The notes beneath the pieces were generated by a model, which saw only the letters and a list, made by a program, of their open reading frames with translations, was not told where the DNA came from and made no database searches. Source: Candidatus Levyibacteriota bacterium (lineage in GTDB: Bacteria; Patescibacteriota; Microgenomatia; Levybacterales; UBA12049). Taken from it: a DNA stretch of 64,000 nucleotides. Positions 8,691-17,242 of the stretch are shown here, in pieces. Where the stretch lies: NCBI GenBank assembly GCA_016214555.1, contig JACROF010000012.1, positions 203,485-267,484 of the forward strand, given 5' to 3'. Within the stretch, counting starts at the first letter, position 1. Every line of letters begins with the position of its first letter. The position numbers were made by a program, and so were the translations under genes.

Positions 8691-9164
8691 ATGGACGACC
8701 AAAACAAAGATCCCGAAGTAGTCGATGCAGAAGTAGTTGAGGAAACTCCACAAGAGCCCCAGGTTGTAGGTGATGCAGCAATACTTCTTAATCTTGAAGA
8801 GATGATCAAGAATTATATTCAGAGCCTTGATAAGCTTCGTGAGGAAAAGAAAAAAATGCAGGAAATGTTTGAAGATTCCTTTGCCAACAATCCCACCTAT
8901 AGAGAGAATTCAGACAAAGCCAAAGAGGCGCTTAAAGTCAAGGCGACGACTCGTCAACAGATTGCGAGTCAACCATCAGTTATTGCTCTTGCACAGAAAT
9001 TAAAAGGCCTTGGTTCAGACATTAAAGAGCGACAGGTGGCACTTTCTGATTATCTCCTCGAATATCAGCGGCTGTCTGGGGCAAATGAGATTGAAGACAA
9101 TGAGGGACAGATTAGAGAGATTATTAATTCAGCAAAACTTATTAAGCGTTCCTCAAAGAAATAA
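8691..9164 (+). CDS. Hypothetical acidic/coiled-coil protein (157 aa)
   Basis: Long ORF in an intergenic position with an acidic N-terminus (PEVVDAEVVEETPQEPQ) and heptad-like central region. No clear Shine-Dalgarno sequence; no family recognised. Confidence 0.4.
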   Translation: MDDQNKDPEVVDAEVVEETPQEPQVVGDAAILLNLEEMIKNYIQSLDKLREEKKKMQEMFEDSFANNPTYRENSDKAKEALKVKATTRQQIASQPSVIALAQKLKGLGSDIKERQVALSDYLLEYQRLSGANEIEDNEGQIREIINSAKLIKRSSKK

Positions 9165-9298
9165 ATTCCTTCGTAGTATCTTTAAAATAGGTAAGGTATG
9201 CAGAAAGATGGGATGTGGTCCCAAAACGACGCCCAAGTGACAGATGTTCTTGTGTCTCTTTCAGATACCATACCCATTTGTTGTTTTATTTGAAAGGC

Positions 9299-9580
9299 TT
9301 AAAGCCCTGATTGTTCGACGATACTTCTGATCGTTGTCGGCCGAGTAATTGTACGGAGAGTGAGTGCTGCTCTTACAAGGTCAAACATTTCCTCGCCGAA
9401 TTTGGCGATAGCCTCTGGCATCGCGCCGTTCACTGAGGTATATGCTTCAAGGGGTTGCCCATCGACCATGACTTCGAAGCCGGAAGCTCTGAAATCACGA
9501 ATCGCATTTATCTGTTCATCTGTAAGTTCAATTTCTTCCCCTGAGGGAACACTTCTGACCAGCTCGATTGAAATCTTCAT
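9299..9580 (-). CDS. Hypothetical protein (93 aa)
   Basis: AGGAGG 7 nt upstream of the ATG at 9580. No recognisable family. Confidence 0.45.
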   Translation of the reverse strand: MKISIELVRSVPSGEEIELTDEQINAIRDFRASGFEVMVDGQPLEAYTSVNGAMPEAIAKFGEEMFDLVRAALTLRTITRPTTIRSIVEQSGL

Positions 9581-9698
9581 AGACTCCTCCTTTAATTTAG
9601 GCCTCGAAACAATTTTCGAGAACCCCTTACTGCCTAATTAAAAATGAAACTAAGCAAAAAGGGATTCTCGAGATTTTCTGCATACCTTTTTAAAGAAC

Positions 9699-9722
9699 AA
9701 ACGTTCAAAAAGAACGTTTCAT
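9699..9722 (-). terminator. Putative Rho-independent terminator downstream of the 9776-10102 gene
   Basis: 8-bp perfect stem AAACGTTC-TTTTT-GAACGTTT followed by a T-rich tract on the minus strand. Confidence 0.3.
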
Positions 9723-9775
9723 GGAGAGAAATATAGCAGATATGAGGTTATTAGTCAAAAAATTATAAGATTGAA

Positions 9776-10102
9776 TTACTCCTTAATTACGTAGCCAAAT
9801 CCCCTGATGGTGTGAAGTAATTTTTTCTGATCATTTTTGTCAATTTTTCGTCTCAAATACCCCATATACACATCAACGACTCTTGTTTGAACATCGCTTG
9901 AGTACTGCCAAATGTGTCTTAGCATCATATCCCGTGTCAAAATTCTTCCTTTGTTTGTCATCAAATATGCCAAGAGCTTGAATTCATGTGGAGTTAGTTG
10001 AATTGACTGATTATTTCGAGTAACTTCAAATGTTTGATGATTCAAAGAAAGATCGGCTACTTTGAGGATATCTGGGTTTTCTGATGTCATGGTTGGCTTC
10101 AT
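9776..10102 (-). CDS. Stand-alone OmpR/PhoB-type winged-helix DNA-binding protein (trans_reg_C domain only, no receiver)
   Basis: LTPHEFKLLAYLMTNKGRILTRDMMLRHIW....RVVDVYMGYLRRKID....IRGFGY is a canonical OmpR-C effector domain. The ORF is only 108 aa and has no REC domain. Confidence 0.75.
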   Translation of the reverse strand: MKPTMTSENPDILKVADLSLNHQTFEVTRNNQSIQLTPHEFKLLAYLMTNKGRILTRDMMLRHIWQYSSDVQTRVVDVYMGYLRRKIDKNDQKKLLHTIRGFGYVIKE

Positions 10103-10211
10103 TATACGGTACGATAATAGGCAATAATGCGACCTTGGTAAGAAATCAAGGAGGAATGCCTGAATGGAGTTAGTATAGCAAAAGCAAACCTAAAATCAAT
10201 GGACAAGAGGA

Positions 10212-10769
10212 CTATTTTTGGTCACCATTATTAGCCTGACGATTTTTTTCAGCGGTCATAATTCTTTGTTGCATTTGCGTAACTGCAGTAATGAGATCAT
10301 TAAGACCTGCTTGAATTTTGTCGACATCTCGCCCAATCTCATCAACATCCTGACTAATTTCCTCAACGTCTTGTTCCAGCTCTTCCTGCTCCTTGTCTTC
10401 AATTTTTTGCTCTTGCTCGTCTTCTAATTCTCGATAGGTATCAACAAGCGCCTGTCTATTTTGTGCGATAAGAATAAAGGTAGAGAGAAAAATTGCCTCA
10501 AGCGATACAATCATTGTTAGGAGGCCATAAGGGAAAGGGTCAAAGGTTGGGATGAAGGGTTTGAGAAAGCCGTGGTTAGCACTAATCCAAAAACCAAACC
10601 ATAGTATATGAAAATAAACAAAAGACATACTACCTGCCCATCTGTTGATGATTTCAGCAAATTTTCCTTGTGCTGAATTGAGTTGTTGGACAAGTTGGTC
10701 AGGTTTTGTTCCCTTATGAAATAAAGAAATGTTAGCGCTGGTTGGTTTTTTTCGATTCATATAATTCAT
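10212..10769 (-). CDS. DUF1003-family membrane protein with acidic coiled-coil C-terminus
   Basis: FHILWFGFWI....FDPFPYGLLTMIVSLEAIFLSTFILIAQNRQ matches the DUF1003 core as I recall it; two TM helices; C-terminal EDEQEQKIEDKEQEELEQD acidic repeats. Confidence 0.6.
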   Translation of the reverse strand: MNYMNRKKPTSANISLFHKGTKPDQLVQQLNSAQGKFAEIINRWAGSMSFVYFHILWFGFWISANHGFLKPFIPTFDPFPYGLLTMIVSLEAIFLSTFILIAQNRQALVDTYRELEDEQEQKIEDKEQEELEQDVEEISQDVDEIGRDVDKIQAGLNDLITAVTQMQQRIMTAEKNRQANNGDQK

Positions 10770-10879
10770 TGTAGGTTCTGAGGCTAATTTGTCAACCCCT
10801 CAAAGCTATTTCATAAGAAAAAATATTTTGGTATTGACATCTAGCACTAATTCTGTTAGAGTGCTAATACTTCAAAAAT

Positions 10880-13258
10880 ATGCAAAGGACAGTACCAGTA
10901 ATTCCAATCCGCGACGGTATTATTTTTCCTAATACAGACTCAGTTCTCACATTTGGCAGGCCTAAAAGTCTTGCAGCATTAGAATCGTCCTATGAGCACG
11001 AAAGGGTAGTTTGTTTTGTTCTTCAAAAAAGTTCTCGTGTTAACGATCCTGAGCCATCTGACCTTTTTGAGATAGGCACCCTTTCTCGAATCGAAAGAAT
11101 GATAAGAGCGGATGGTGAAATCAATGCTCAAGTAAGAGGTCTCCATCGTGTAAAAATTTTGTCTTATGAAAAGCAAGACACTTTTTTTGTTGCTCAAGTT
11201 GAGGAAATCGAAGAGATTGAGGACACATCACCTGAAGTAGTAGCGCTTTGCAATCACCTCACCAATGAGTTTAGACGTGCAATGAATTTTGGCAAATCTG
11301 CAGATTTTTTGGTCTTTATGAATATTATGTCTGAAAATTCCCCTTCAGAGCTTTCAGATCTTGTCGCATCAGCTCTGGATCTCAAGCCAGTTGAGCGTCA
11401 AGAGCTTTTAGAAATGACAAATGTTACAGAGAGGCTTAAGAAATTGGTTGAGTTACTAGCAAAAGAGATACGAGTTCTTGAGCTTGAAAAAAGGATAGCT
11501 TCAAAGACCCAAGAACGATTTGAAAAAGGAGCTAGGGAGGCAATTTTGCGAGAACGTCTCAAGACCATTGAGAAAGAACTGGGAGAAGAAGAGGGTGGAA
11601 GTGAAATAAAAGAGCTGATGCAAAAGATCAAAGAGGCAAAAATGCCTGAGGATGTTGAGGAAAAGGCGAAAAAAGAGGTCAAGAAGCTTGGGCAAATGAA
11701 TCAGTTTAATCCTGAGGCAGGCTATATTAGAAATTATATTGATTGGTTGATTAGCCTCCCTTGGAGTGTTGAAACAAAAACCGAAATTGATATTTCAAAG
11801 GCAGAAGAAATTCTTAATGAAGACCACTACGGTCTTCCTAAAGTGAAAGAGAGAATTCTTGAGTATCTTGCAGTGCAGAAGCTGGCTGGAAAAATGAAAA
11901 GCCCTATTCTTTGTTTTGCAGGACCTCCTGGAGTTGGTAAAACATCTCTTGGTAAATCAATCGCTCGCTCGCTTGGGAGGAAATTTATCCGCGTTTCTTT
12001 AGGGGGAATTAGAGATGAAGCTGAGATCAGAGGACATCGTAGGACGTATGTTGGCGCACTTCCTGGAAGGATTATTCAAGGCATTAAAGATTCTGGTACC
12101 AAAAATCCTGTTTTTATGCTTGATGAGATTGATAAAGTCGGTGCTGATTTTAGAGGAGATCCATCCAGCGCACTTCTTGAGGCACTCGATCCTGAGCAGA
12201 ATACTGACTTTTCAGATCATTATTTAGAGGTTCCCTTTGATCTTTCCAATGTGATGTTTATTACGACAGCAAATCTTTTGGACACTATTCCACCAGCTCT
12301 CAGAGACAGGCTTGAAATTATTCAGTTTGCGGGTTATACCCATGATGAAAAATTTCATATTGTCAAACAATTTCTTCTCAAAAAACAGTTGGAGATGCAC
12401 GGGCTTAAAGACAAAAAGGTTGTTTTAACTGATGATGCAATTAATTTCATTATCAATCATTACACAAGAGAGGCGGGAGTCCGAAATCTTGAACGAAGGA
12501 TTGCCACTGTTTTTAGGAAAGTTGCTCGTAAGGTAGCGGAGGGGAAAAGGGCAAAAATTGTAATTGCAGCAAAAGATATCCAAAAATACTTAGGTCCAAT
12601 CAAGCATAGCGCTTCAGAGATAGAGAAAAAAGATCAGATTGGTCAATCAACAGGTCTTGCGTGGACTGAGGCAGGTGGAGAAATTCTTTTTATCGAGGTT
12701 GCGCTCATGCCAGGAAAGGGAAGTCTTACTTTGACAGGACAACTTGGAGATGTCATGAAAGAGTCTTGCCAGGCTGCTGTTTCCTACATCAGATCTCAAG
12801 CTGATCATTATGGAATTCCTGATAAAGTATTCCAAAAAACAGATATCCACGTCCATGTGCCTGAGGGCGCTGTGCCAAAAGATGGTCCATCAGCAGGTCT
12901 TGCTATCACAACAGCTCTTGTCTCAGCATTCACAAAAATTCCTGTCAAAAGAACGCTAGGTATGACTGGGGAAGTAACTCTTCGTGGGCGTGCACTTGAG
13001 ATAGGCGGAGTCAAAGAAAAAGTAATCGCAGCTCATAGAGCTGGGCTTAAGACCATTTTATTACCTAAAGAAAATAAAAAAGATATGGAAGAAGTACCAG
13101 AAGAAGTACTCAAAGACGTTGAATTTAATTTTGTTTCAAATGTTGATGAGGTATTAGATCTAGCTCTTACGAAAAAACTTCAATCTATACGAACGAAAAA
13201 ACAAGATATTGGCATCAGATCAGGAAAGATAGCTCTCCATCCTACAAAAGCAGATTGA
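10880..13258 (+). CDS. lon: ATP-dependent protease Lon
   Basis: N-terminal LON substrate-binding domain, GPPGVGKTS Walker A, LDEIDK Walker B, catalytic DGPSAGLAITTAL (Ser) and ...K dyad in the C-terminal protease domain. 792 aa. Confidence 0.95.
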   Translation: MQRTVPVIPIRDGIIFPNTDSVLTFGRPKSLAALESSYEHERVVCFVLQKSSRVNDPEPSDLFEIGTLSRIERMIRADGEINAQVRGLHRVKILSYEKQDTFFVAQVEEIEEIEDTSPEVVALCNHLTNEFRRAMNFGKSADFLVFMNIMSENSPSELSDLVASALDLKPVERQELLEMTNVTERLKKLVELLAKEIRVLELEKRIASKTQERFEKGAREAILRERLKTIEKELGEEEGGSEIKELMQKIKEAKMPEDVEEKAKKEVKKLGQMNQFNPEAGYIRNYIDWLISLPWSVETKTEIDISKAEEILNEDHYGLPKVKERILEYLAVQKLAGKMKSPILCFAGPPGVGKTSLGKSIARSLGRKFIRVSLGGIRDEAEIRGHRRTYVGALPGRIIQGIKDSGTKNPVFMLDEIDKVGADFRGDPSSALLEALDPEQNTDFSDHYLEVPFDLSNVMFITTANLLDTIPPALRDRLEIIQFAGYTHDEKFHIVKQFLLKKQLEMHGLKDKKVVLTDDAINFIINHYTREAGVRNLERRIATVFRKVARKVAEGKRAKIVIAAKDIQKYLGPIKHSASEIEKKDQIGQSTGLAWTEAGGEILFIEVALMPGKGSLTLTGQLGDVMKESCQAAVSYIRSQADHYGIPDKVFQKTDIHVHVPEGAVPKDGPSAGLAITTALVSAFTKIPVKRTLGMTGEVTLRGRALEIGGVKEKVIAAHRAGLKTILLPKENKKDMEEVPEEVLKDVEFNFVSNVDEVLDLALTKKLQSIRTKKQDIGIRSGKIALHPTKAD

Positions 13259-13343
13259 GTAATTTTTAGGCATAAAAAAGATGTGCTTTTGATCTTCCGA
13301 TCGGGCGATTTTTATTCAAAATCGTGCACATCATACCCTTTAG

Positions 13344-13649
13344 TTATTTTTTTCTCATCCCAAACGTGTTTGCTAGGTTTTCAGCAAGCGTTGCCCAGAA
13401 GTAGAAATACTTCATGGCTCGGTGGAGTTCACTATATGCTCCGGTAAGTTCATCACTTGCCCACATTTGTGGAGCACATGCGCGACAAGGCGAGTTTGCA
13501 GCCTGCTTTTTTGCTCGGTTGATGTCGTAGTCACTCATGCCTGCAGGCGGATAAACTGTATAAGCATGAGGGTATGGACATTTGAATCCGAGTTCGATAG
13601 GCTTTCCTACTAGCCTCATTATGCTTAGGATTTTCCACAATGTCTCCAT
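13344..13649 (-). CDS. Hypothetical Cys-containing protein (101 aa)
   Basis: AGGAGG ~6 nt upstream of the ATG at 13649. CPYPH...SPCRACAP cysteine cluster. No family recognised. Confidence 0.45.
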   Translation of the reverse strand: METLWKILSIMRLVGKPIELGFKCPYPHAYTVYPPAGMSDYDINRAKKQAANSPCRACAPQMWASDELTGAYSELHRAMKYFYFWATLAENLANTFGMRKK

Positions 13650-13798
13650 GAGTTACCTCCTTGAGAGCTTACTAAAAGTGCGAAGACGTCCTGAGACGTC
13701 AAGAGTGATATTTTACCTCAAAATTATCTTAAAATCAAGCTATAGGACTAGTTATTTATGGATTTCTTCACATTTTAACGATGTGATATAGTACATTC

Positions 13799-14137
13799 AT
13801 GGAAGATGAGATTAATGAGAAGAGTCCAAAATCTTCTCCACCTCCTGCGCAAGCAGATATGACGCTTCAGAAAGCTGTCGATTTTGGGGAATATCATCCT
13901 GATTTCTTGGCACAATTCCCACAGTGGCATACGCTTAGCCGTCATATCCAATTTGAGTACATCAGAAAGGCCATAGAAAATCGTAATAGGCAGCTTCTTA
14001 GGCAGTGGGCAGAGATCACCAATATCCTAGATTTCCGTCTCAAGCCACACCTTAATGATGCTTTGAGAAATATAGAAGAGCAGCTCGAAGTCCTCAAGCA
14101 AGATAAAGAAGATTTGTACGTCGAATACTCCTCCTGA
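13799..14137 (+). CDS. Hypothetical protein (112 aa)
   Basis: Complete ORF in intergenic context; no recognisable family. Confidence 0.35.
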   Translation: MEDEINEKSPKSSPPPAQADMTLQKAVDFGEYHPDFLAQFPQWHTLSRHIQFEYIRKAIENRNRQLLRQWAEITNILDFRLKPHLNDALRNIEEQLEVLKQDKEDLYVEYSS

Positions 14138-14240
14138 TGCATCAGCATCTTGAAATTATTTCATGGATCTCAAATTGGTAACTCTAGAATTGATAGTGGT
14201 CAGAATCGCGGTGGAAAAAATTGAGTTTTGAATGTCCGGC

Positions 14241-14268
14241 TCCCTGTAAGGGGGAGCCGGATCTTTGC
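14241..14268 (-). terminator. GC-rich hairpin (CCGGCTCCC-TGTAA-GGGGGAGCCGG) downstream of the LPXTG gene
   Basis: 11-bp GC stem immediately after the minus-strand stop at 14270. A T-tract follows on the minus strand only after ~15 nt, so termination is plausible but not canonical. Confidence 0.35.
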
Positions 14269-14269
14269 C

Positions 14270-14947
14270 TCAGGTCGTGCGATGGCTGTACCGGATGGTA
14301 CAACCAATGCAGCTGAGTGCAGTTGCAATCATGGCCACGAAGGCCAAAGCATTGTCGTGTTGAATGGTTCCGGACCCTGTGTTGGGCAAGATCATGACGT
14401 CCGTGGTCGACTCGCTTCCGTTGCCGGTGATGATGACTTCGGAGTCGCCAGTGTCTTCATCGCTGAAGACCTGGCAGATTTCGGTATCCAGACCCGAAGA
14501 ATCGGGCTTAATCAGAATTTCGCCCTCGGCGCAGTTCCCATACTCGTCCGGCAAGCGGTAGTACTCCTGCCACAGAGAGCATTCGTAGCCGTCCAACCAG
14601 CTAGGGCAATACCCACGTGGGCCTTCGCGCCAGGGCTGGTGACCACCCGTTGAGGGCTCATCATCGTAGACGCAAGCTTCGTACGTATAGTCGAAGCTGG
14701 TATTTGGCGGGCACTCGAAGAGGTAGCCATATTCAACCACCCCCTCAACTCCTGCTACAAAACAACCCGTATACCCATCGACGAACTCATCTGCGGGAAC
14801 CTCCCACAGGATGCCGTCAACAATATCGCAGGCCGATACCAATGGTGGGTAAAAAAGTCCTTCTTGGGCTTGCACCCACGAAATACCGGCCAGGCCGGTT
14901 GTCACGAGAAGTGCGACCAAAAAAACCACCAAGCGTAGACAACGCAT
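14270..14947 (-). CDS. Secreted Cys-rich cell-wall-anchored protein with C-terminal LPXTG (LPNTG) sortase sorting signal; compositionally GC-rich, probably horizontally acquired
   Basis: Start at the internal Met (MRCLRLVVFLVALLVTTGLAGISWVQAQ, a clear signal peptide) is preceded by GGGAGG. The C-terminus has LPNTGS, a hydrophobic stretch (ALAFVAMIATALSCIGC) and a basic tail (RYSHR): a classic sortase signal. The region is markedly GC-rich against an AT-rich background, so all six frames are open there. Confidence 0.65.
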   Translation of the reverse strand: MRCLRLVVFLVALLVTTGLAGISWVQAQEGLFYPPLVSACDIVDGILWEVPADEFVDGYTGCFVAGVEGVVEYGYLFECPPNTSFDYTYEACVYDDEPSTGGHQPWREGPRGYCPSWLDGYECSLWQEYYRLPDEYGNCAEGEILIKPDSSGLDTEICQVFSDEDTGDSEVIITGNGSESTTDVMILPNTGSGTIQHDNALAFVAMIATALSCIGCTIRYSHRTT

Positions 14948-15183
14948 GATATAACCTCCCGAACCGAGGATCAAAAACGGAACACCCGTCCATTCACCAC
15001 GGTTCTCTGAAGCTAAAACTACTTATCTTCAAAAAACCGTGGAGAAAGCCATCTTTTAAAAGATCACGTATATATTTGCAGAAAATGGCCACAAAATCAA
15101 CGCTATAGGCCAATATTTGGAAGAGTTCTGGAATAACTAAAAATTGTATTTTAGCTTCCTTTACGTTAAAATATGAGTCTTAA

Positions 15184-15252
15184 GGCCCCATCGTTCCCGA
15201 TGATCGATGTCATCGGGATCCCGACGGAGTATCGTCGGGGCTAGTGGTTTAG
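15184..15252 (+). pseudogene. Partial duplicate of tRNA-Glu 5' end (first ~23 nt) interrupted by a 46-nt insert carrying two GC-rich hairpins
   Basis: GGCCCCATCGT (15184-15194) and CTAGTGGTTTAG (15241-15252) match tRNA-Glu positions 1-11 and 12-23. Between them lie CCCGATGA-tcgatg-TCATCGGG and CCCGACGG-agtat-CGTCGGG hairpins. Sits immediately upstream of the GIY-YIG ORF. Confidence 0.55.
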
Positions 15253-15256
15253 TAAA

Positions 15257-15514
15257 ATGAGTTTTATGACTTACATTTTACAAAGTGATAAGGATGGAAG
15301 TTATTATATTGGCAGTACCGATAATCTTCAGAAAAGATTAACGGCACATAATAAAGGGTATTCAAAGTACACAAAAAATAAAATTCCTTGGAATATTGTA
15401 TATAAAGAGGAATATGAGACGCTCTCTGGAGCAAGAAAAAGAGAATATTATCTAAAGTCTCTTAAGAGTAAAATTGCAATTTTAAAATTGATCAAACAAG
15501 GCCCCATCGTCTAG
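15257..15514 (+). CDS. GIY-YIG nuclease-domain protein (small URI-domain, COG2827-like), stop codon embedded in tRNA-Glu
   Basis: TYILQSDKDGSYYIGSTDNLQKRLTAHNKG...WNIVYKEEYETLSGARKREYYLKSLK contains the GIY-x10-YIG motifs plus the conserved Arg, His, Glu and Asn/Lys positions. The last 5 codons plus the TAG stop lie inside the first 14 nt of tRNA-Glu. Confidence 0.8.
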   Translation: MSFMTYILQSDKDGSYYIGSTDNLQKRLTAHNKGYSKYTKNKIPWNIVYKEEYETLSGARKREYYLKSLKSKIAILKLIKQGPIV

Positions 15515-15571
15515 TGGTTAGGACACTGGATTCTCATTCCAGTAACCGGGATTCGACTTCCCGTGGGGTCA
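15500..15571 (+). tRNA. tRNA-Glu (anticodon CUC)
   Basis: Acceptor GGCCCCA/TGGGGTC, D-arm GTC-TAGTGGTTAG-GAC, anticodon stem CTGGA/TCCAG with loop TTCTCAT (U33, CUC, A37), T-arm CGGGA-TTCGACT-TCCCG, discriminator A. No encoded CCA. Confidence 0.8.
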
Positions 15572-15973
15572 CTGAGTAACAATTATTTTTTGAACTCTCT
15601 TCTTGATCATATCGCGTATAACGCGAAAATTTTCGATACTACCATCGAAGGGATCTTTTACATTCCAGTAAGTAACTTTTGTGCTTCGCATTACAAATTC
15701 TGGGATCTTTTCTTCAGGACACAGAACATAAATTTGATCTGCATCATCAACCATTTCTTTGGTAACTGTCTTTACTTTCTTATGTGAAACATCAATTCCT
15801 TCCTCCTTCATAACAGTAATGACTGCAGGAATAGGATGACCATATTTAGCTGGGGTGAAATCTAAAACTCCAGCACTTGTCGCATTTGATGCATGTGTAA
15901 AAAAATTATAGTATGCTTCTGCCATCTGACTTCTAGCTACATTTCCAGCACAAATAAATAATAACTTCTTCAT
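15569..15973 (-). CDS. Low-molecular-weight protein-tyrosine phosphatase / ArsC-like (LMW-PTP family)
   Basis: MKKLLFICAGNVARSQMAEA is the CX5R(S/T) P-loop of LMW-PTPs; a DP motif (VKDPFDG) lies near the C-terminus. The Met giving the canonical N-terminus was chosen; the ORF track extends to 16003. Confidence 0.75.
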   Translation of the reverse strand: MKKLLFICAGNVARSQMAEAYYNFFTHASNATSAGVLDFTPAKYGHPIPAVITVMKEEGIDVSHKKVKTVTKEMVDDADQIYVLCPEEKIPEFVMRSTKVTYWNVKDPFDGSIENFRVIRDMIKKRVQKIIVTQ

Positions 15974-16069
15974 AAGCCGATTATACACAATTTCGCATAT
16001 CAACCTGGATCACTCTTGGACAGATTCATTGGCCGAAAGCATTGCTGTAGCATACTTGGCATTTTCGCC

Positions 16070-16098
16070 TTGACATCAATTAAAAATATCCTATAATA
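16070..16098 (+). promoter_or_regulatory. Consensus sigma70-type promoter TTGACA-17-TATAAT followed by a ~115-nt leader upstream of the 16214 ORF
   Basis: Exact TTGACA (16070-16075) and TATAAT (16093-16098) hexamers with a 17-nt spacer. The leader contains imperfect hairpins and ends in AAGGAGAG before the ATG. Confidence 0.5.
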
Positions 16099-16213
16099 GA
16101 GTACTTGTCTAGTAATGTTGCACATTTTGGGAAAAAGGGTAGGTAGCAGAGTGAGCTTATCTGCTTAGTCTGTTGCCTACTCAGGGGAGTTGGCGAAGGA
16201 AAAGGAGAGTTAA

Positions 16214-16639
16214 ATGAGACGAGCTCTTTTCTTAGTTCCAACCTCGAAGAATGCTTGGAGCAGTGCTAGCGAGTGTGCTTCTGCAATCCTTGGCGAGTTG
16301 GGTAAAAACGATTCAATTCGTGTTATTACATCATCTGGCAATAAGGAAAAGGCGACAGCAGATAGGCTTATTGCCTTTCTCTGTGCGCTTTCGCCTAGAC
16401 ATGCAGGATTGCACGCTCAGTGTTTTAACATACTTGGTTCAGATAGGTGCGGAAGCTCTACCCCTGAGACTATCATGGGTCAGGTTGATGCATTTGGTGA
16501 GCAAATAGTTGTCATTGTGGCAACGGAGGAAACAATCGCCAAGCTGTATCAATATCTATGTGCAGGGTGTGGATTCGCACCAGAATCCATCGAGAACAAA
16601 AAGATTATCACTTTCAGTACAAGTGTACTGATTTCCTAA
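16214..16639 (+). CDS. Hypothetical protein (141 aa), moderately GC-rich
   Basis: Complete ORF with an SD sequence downstream of a consensus promoter. No family recognised; the overlapping +2-frame ORF is a composition artefact. Confidence 0.45.
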   Translation: MRRALFLVPTSKNAWSSASECASAILGELGKNDSIRVITSSGNKEKATADRLIAFLCALSPRHAGLHAQCFNILGSDRCGSSTPETIMGQVDAFGEQIVVIVATEETIAKLYQYLCAGCGFAPESIENKKIITFSTSVLIS

Positions 16640-16777
16640 GATACCCCACCCTCGGGAGCTAAACAACAATTGTTGTAGGCTGTCGAGGGTATTTTTTTAG
16701 TCAGACTGTTTATTCTTCCATGTAGTAATGTATGTATTAAGACGTACACAAAAATTTATAGTATTGATTGTGATGGA

Positions 16778-17242
16778 TTAGTGGTGGTACTTGTGAACTA
16801 CTGCGTGCCCTTTGCCTTTTTTAATCAAATACATATTCACAGGATACGCTGACCAGAATGCTACAAAAAGTGAAGTAGCGAGGCTTCCCCAGAAGAGGAG
16901 AGAGATGAGAGGTGCGTCCATTGCTCCAGGAATAATAAGCATAATAAGGTTGTCCATTATTTCCATAACTGTTATCGATACCGTATCAGCAGCAAAGGCA
17001 AGAGGAAGTGCTTTGGCGAAAGACAATCCATGTTTTATCAACGAAAAAAGACTAAAAGAGTATCCAAATATAAACGCTAACACAACAGAGAAAATAACTG
17101 CACCTAGGTTATGGATATTGAAATAGTTTCCAATAACCATTCCTAATATTTCTCCAACTGCACAACCAGTGAGGCAGTGCATCGTTGCGCTAAAAGCAAC
17201 CTTTTTAATGCTAGCGTGAGACTGATGATGATTAGTTGTCAT
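16778..17242 (-). CDS. DUF4396-family membrane protein (Cys-x-x-Gly-Cys, metal-homeostasis associated)
   Basis: MHCLTGCAVGE motif and ~4 TM helices. AAGGAG 7 nt upstream of the ATG. Last gene of the csoR operon, overlapping the DUF305 gene by 11 nt. Confidence 0.55.
   Translation of the reverse strand: MTTNHHQSHASIKKVAFSATMHCLTGCAVGEILGMVIGNYFNIHNLGAVIFSVVLAFIFGYSFSLFSLIKHGLSFAKALPLAFAADTVSITVMEIMDNLIMLIIPGAMDAPLISLLFWGSLATSLFVAFWSAYPVNMYLIKKGKGHAVVHKYHH

Noticed and set aside
14228-14949. Four plus-strand ORFs (14228-14653, 14364-14561, 14617-14949) and the minus ORF 14512-14748 overlapping the LPXTG gene
   Set aside because: The region is GC-rich, so stop codons are depleted in every frame. 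Only the minus-strand frame has a signal peptide, RBS and sorting signal; the others are composition artefacts.
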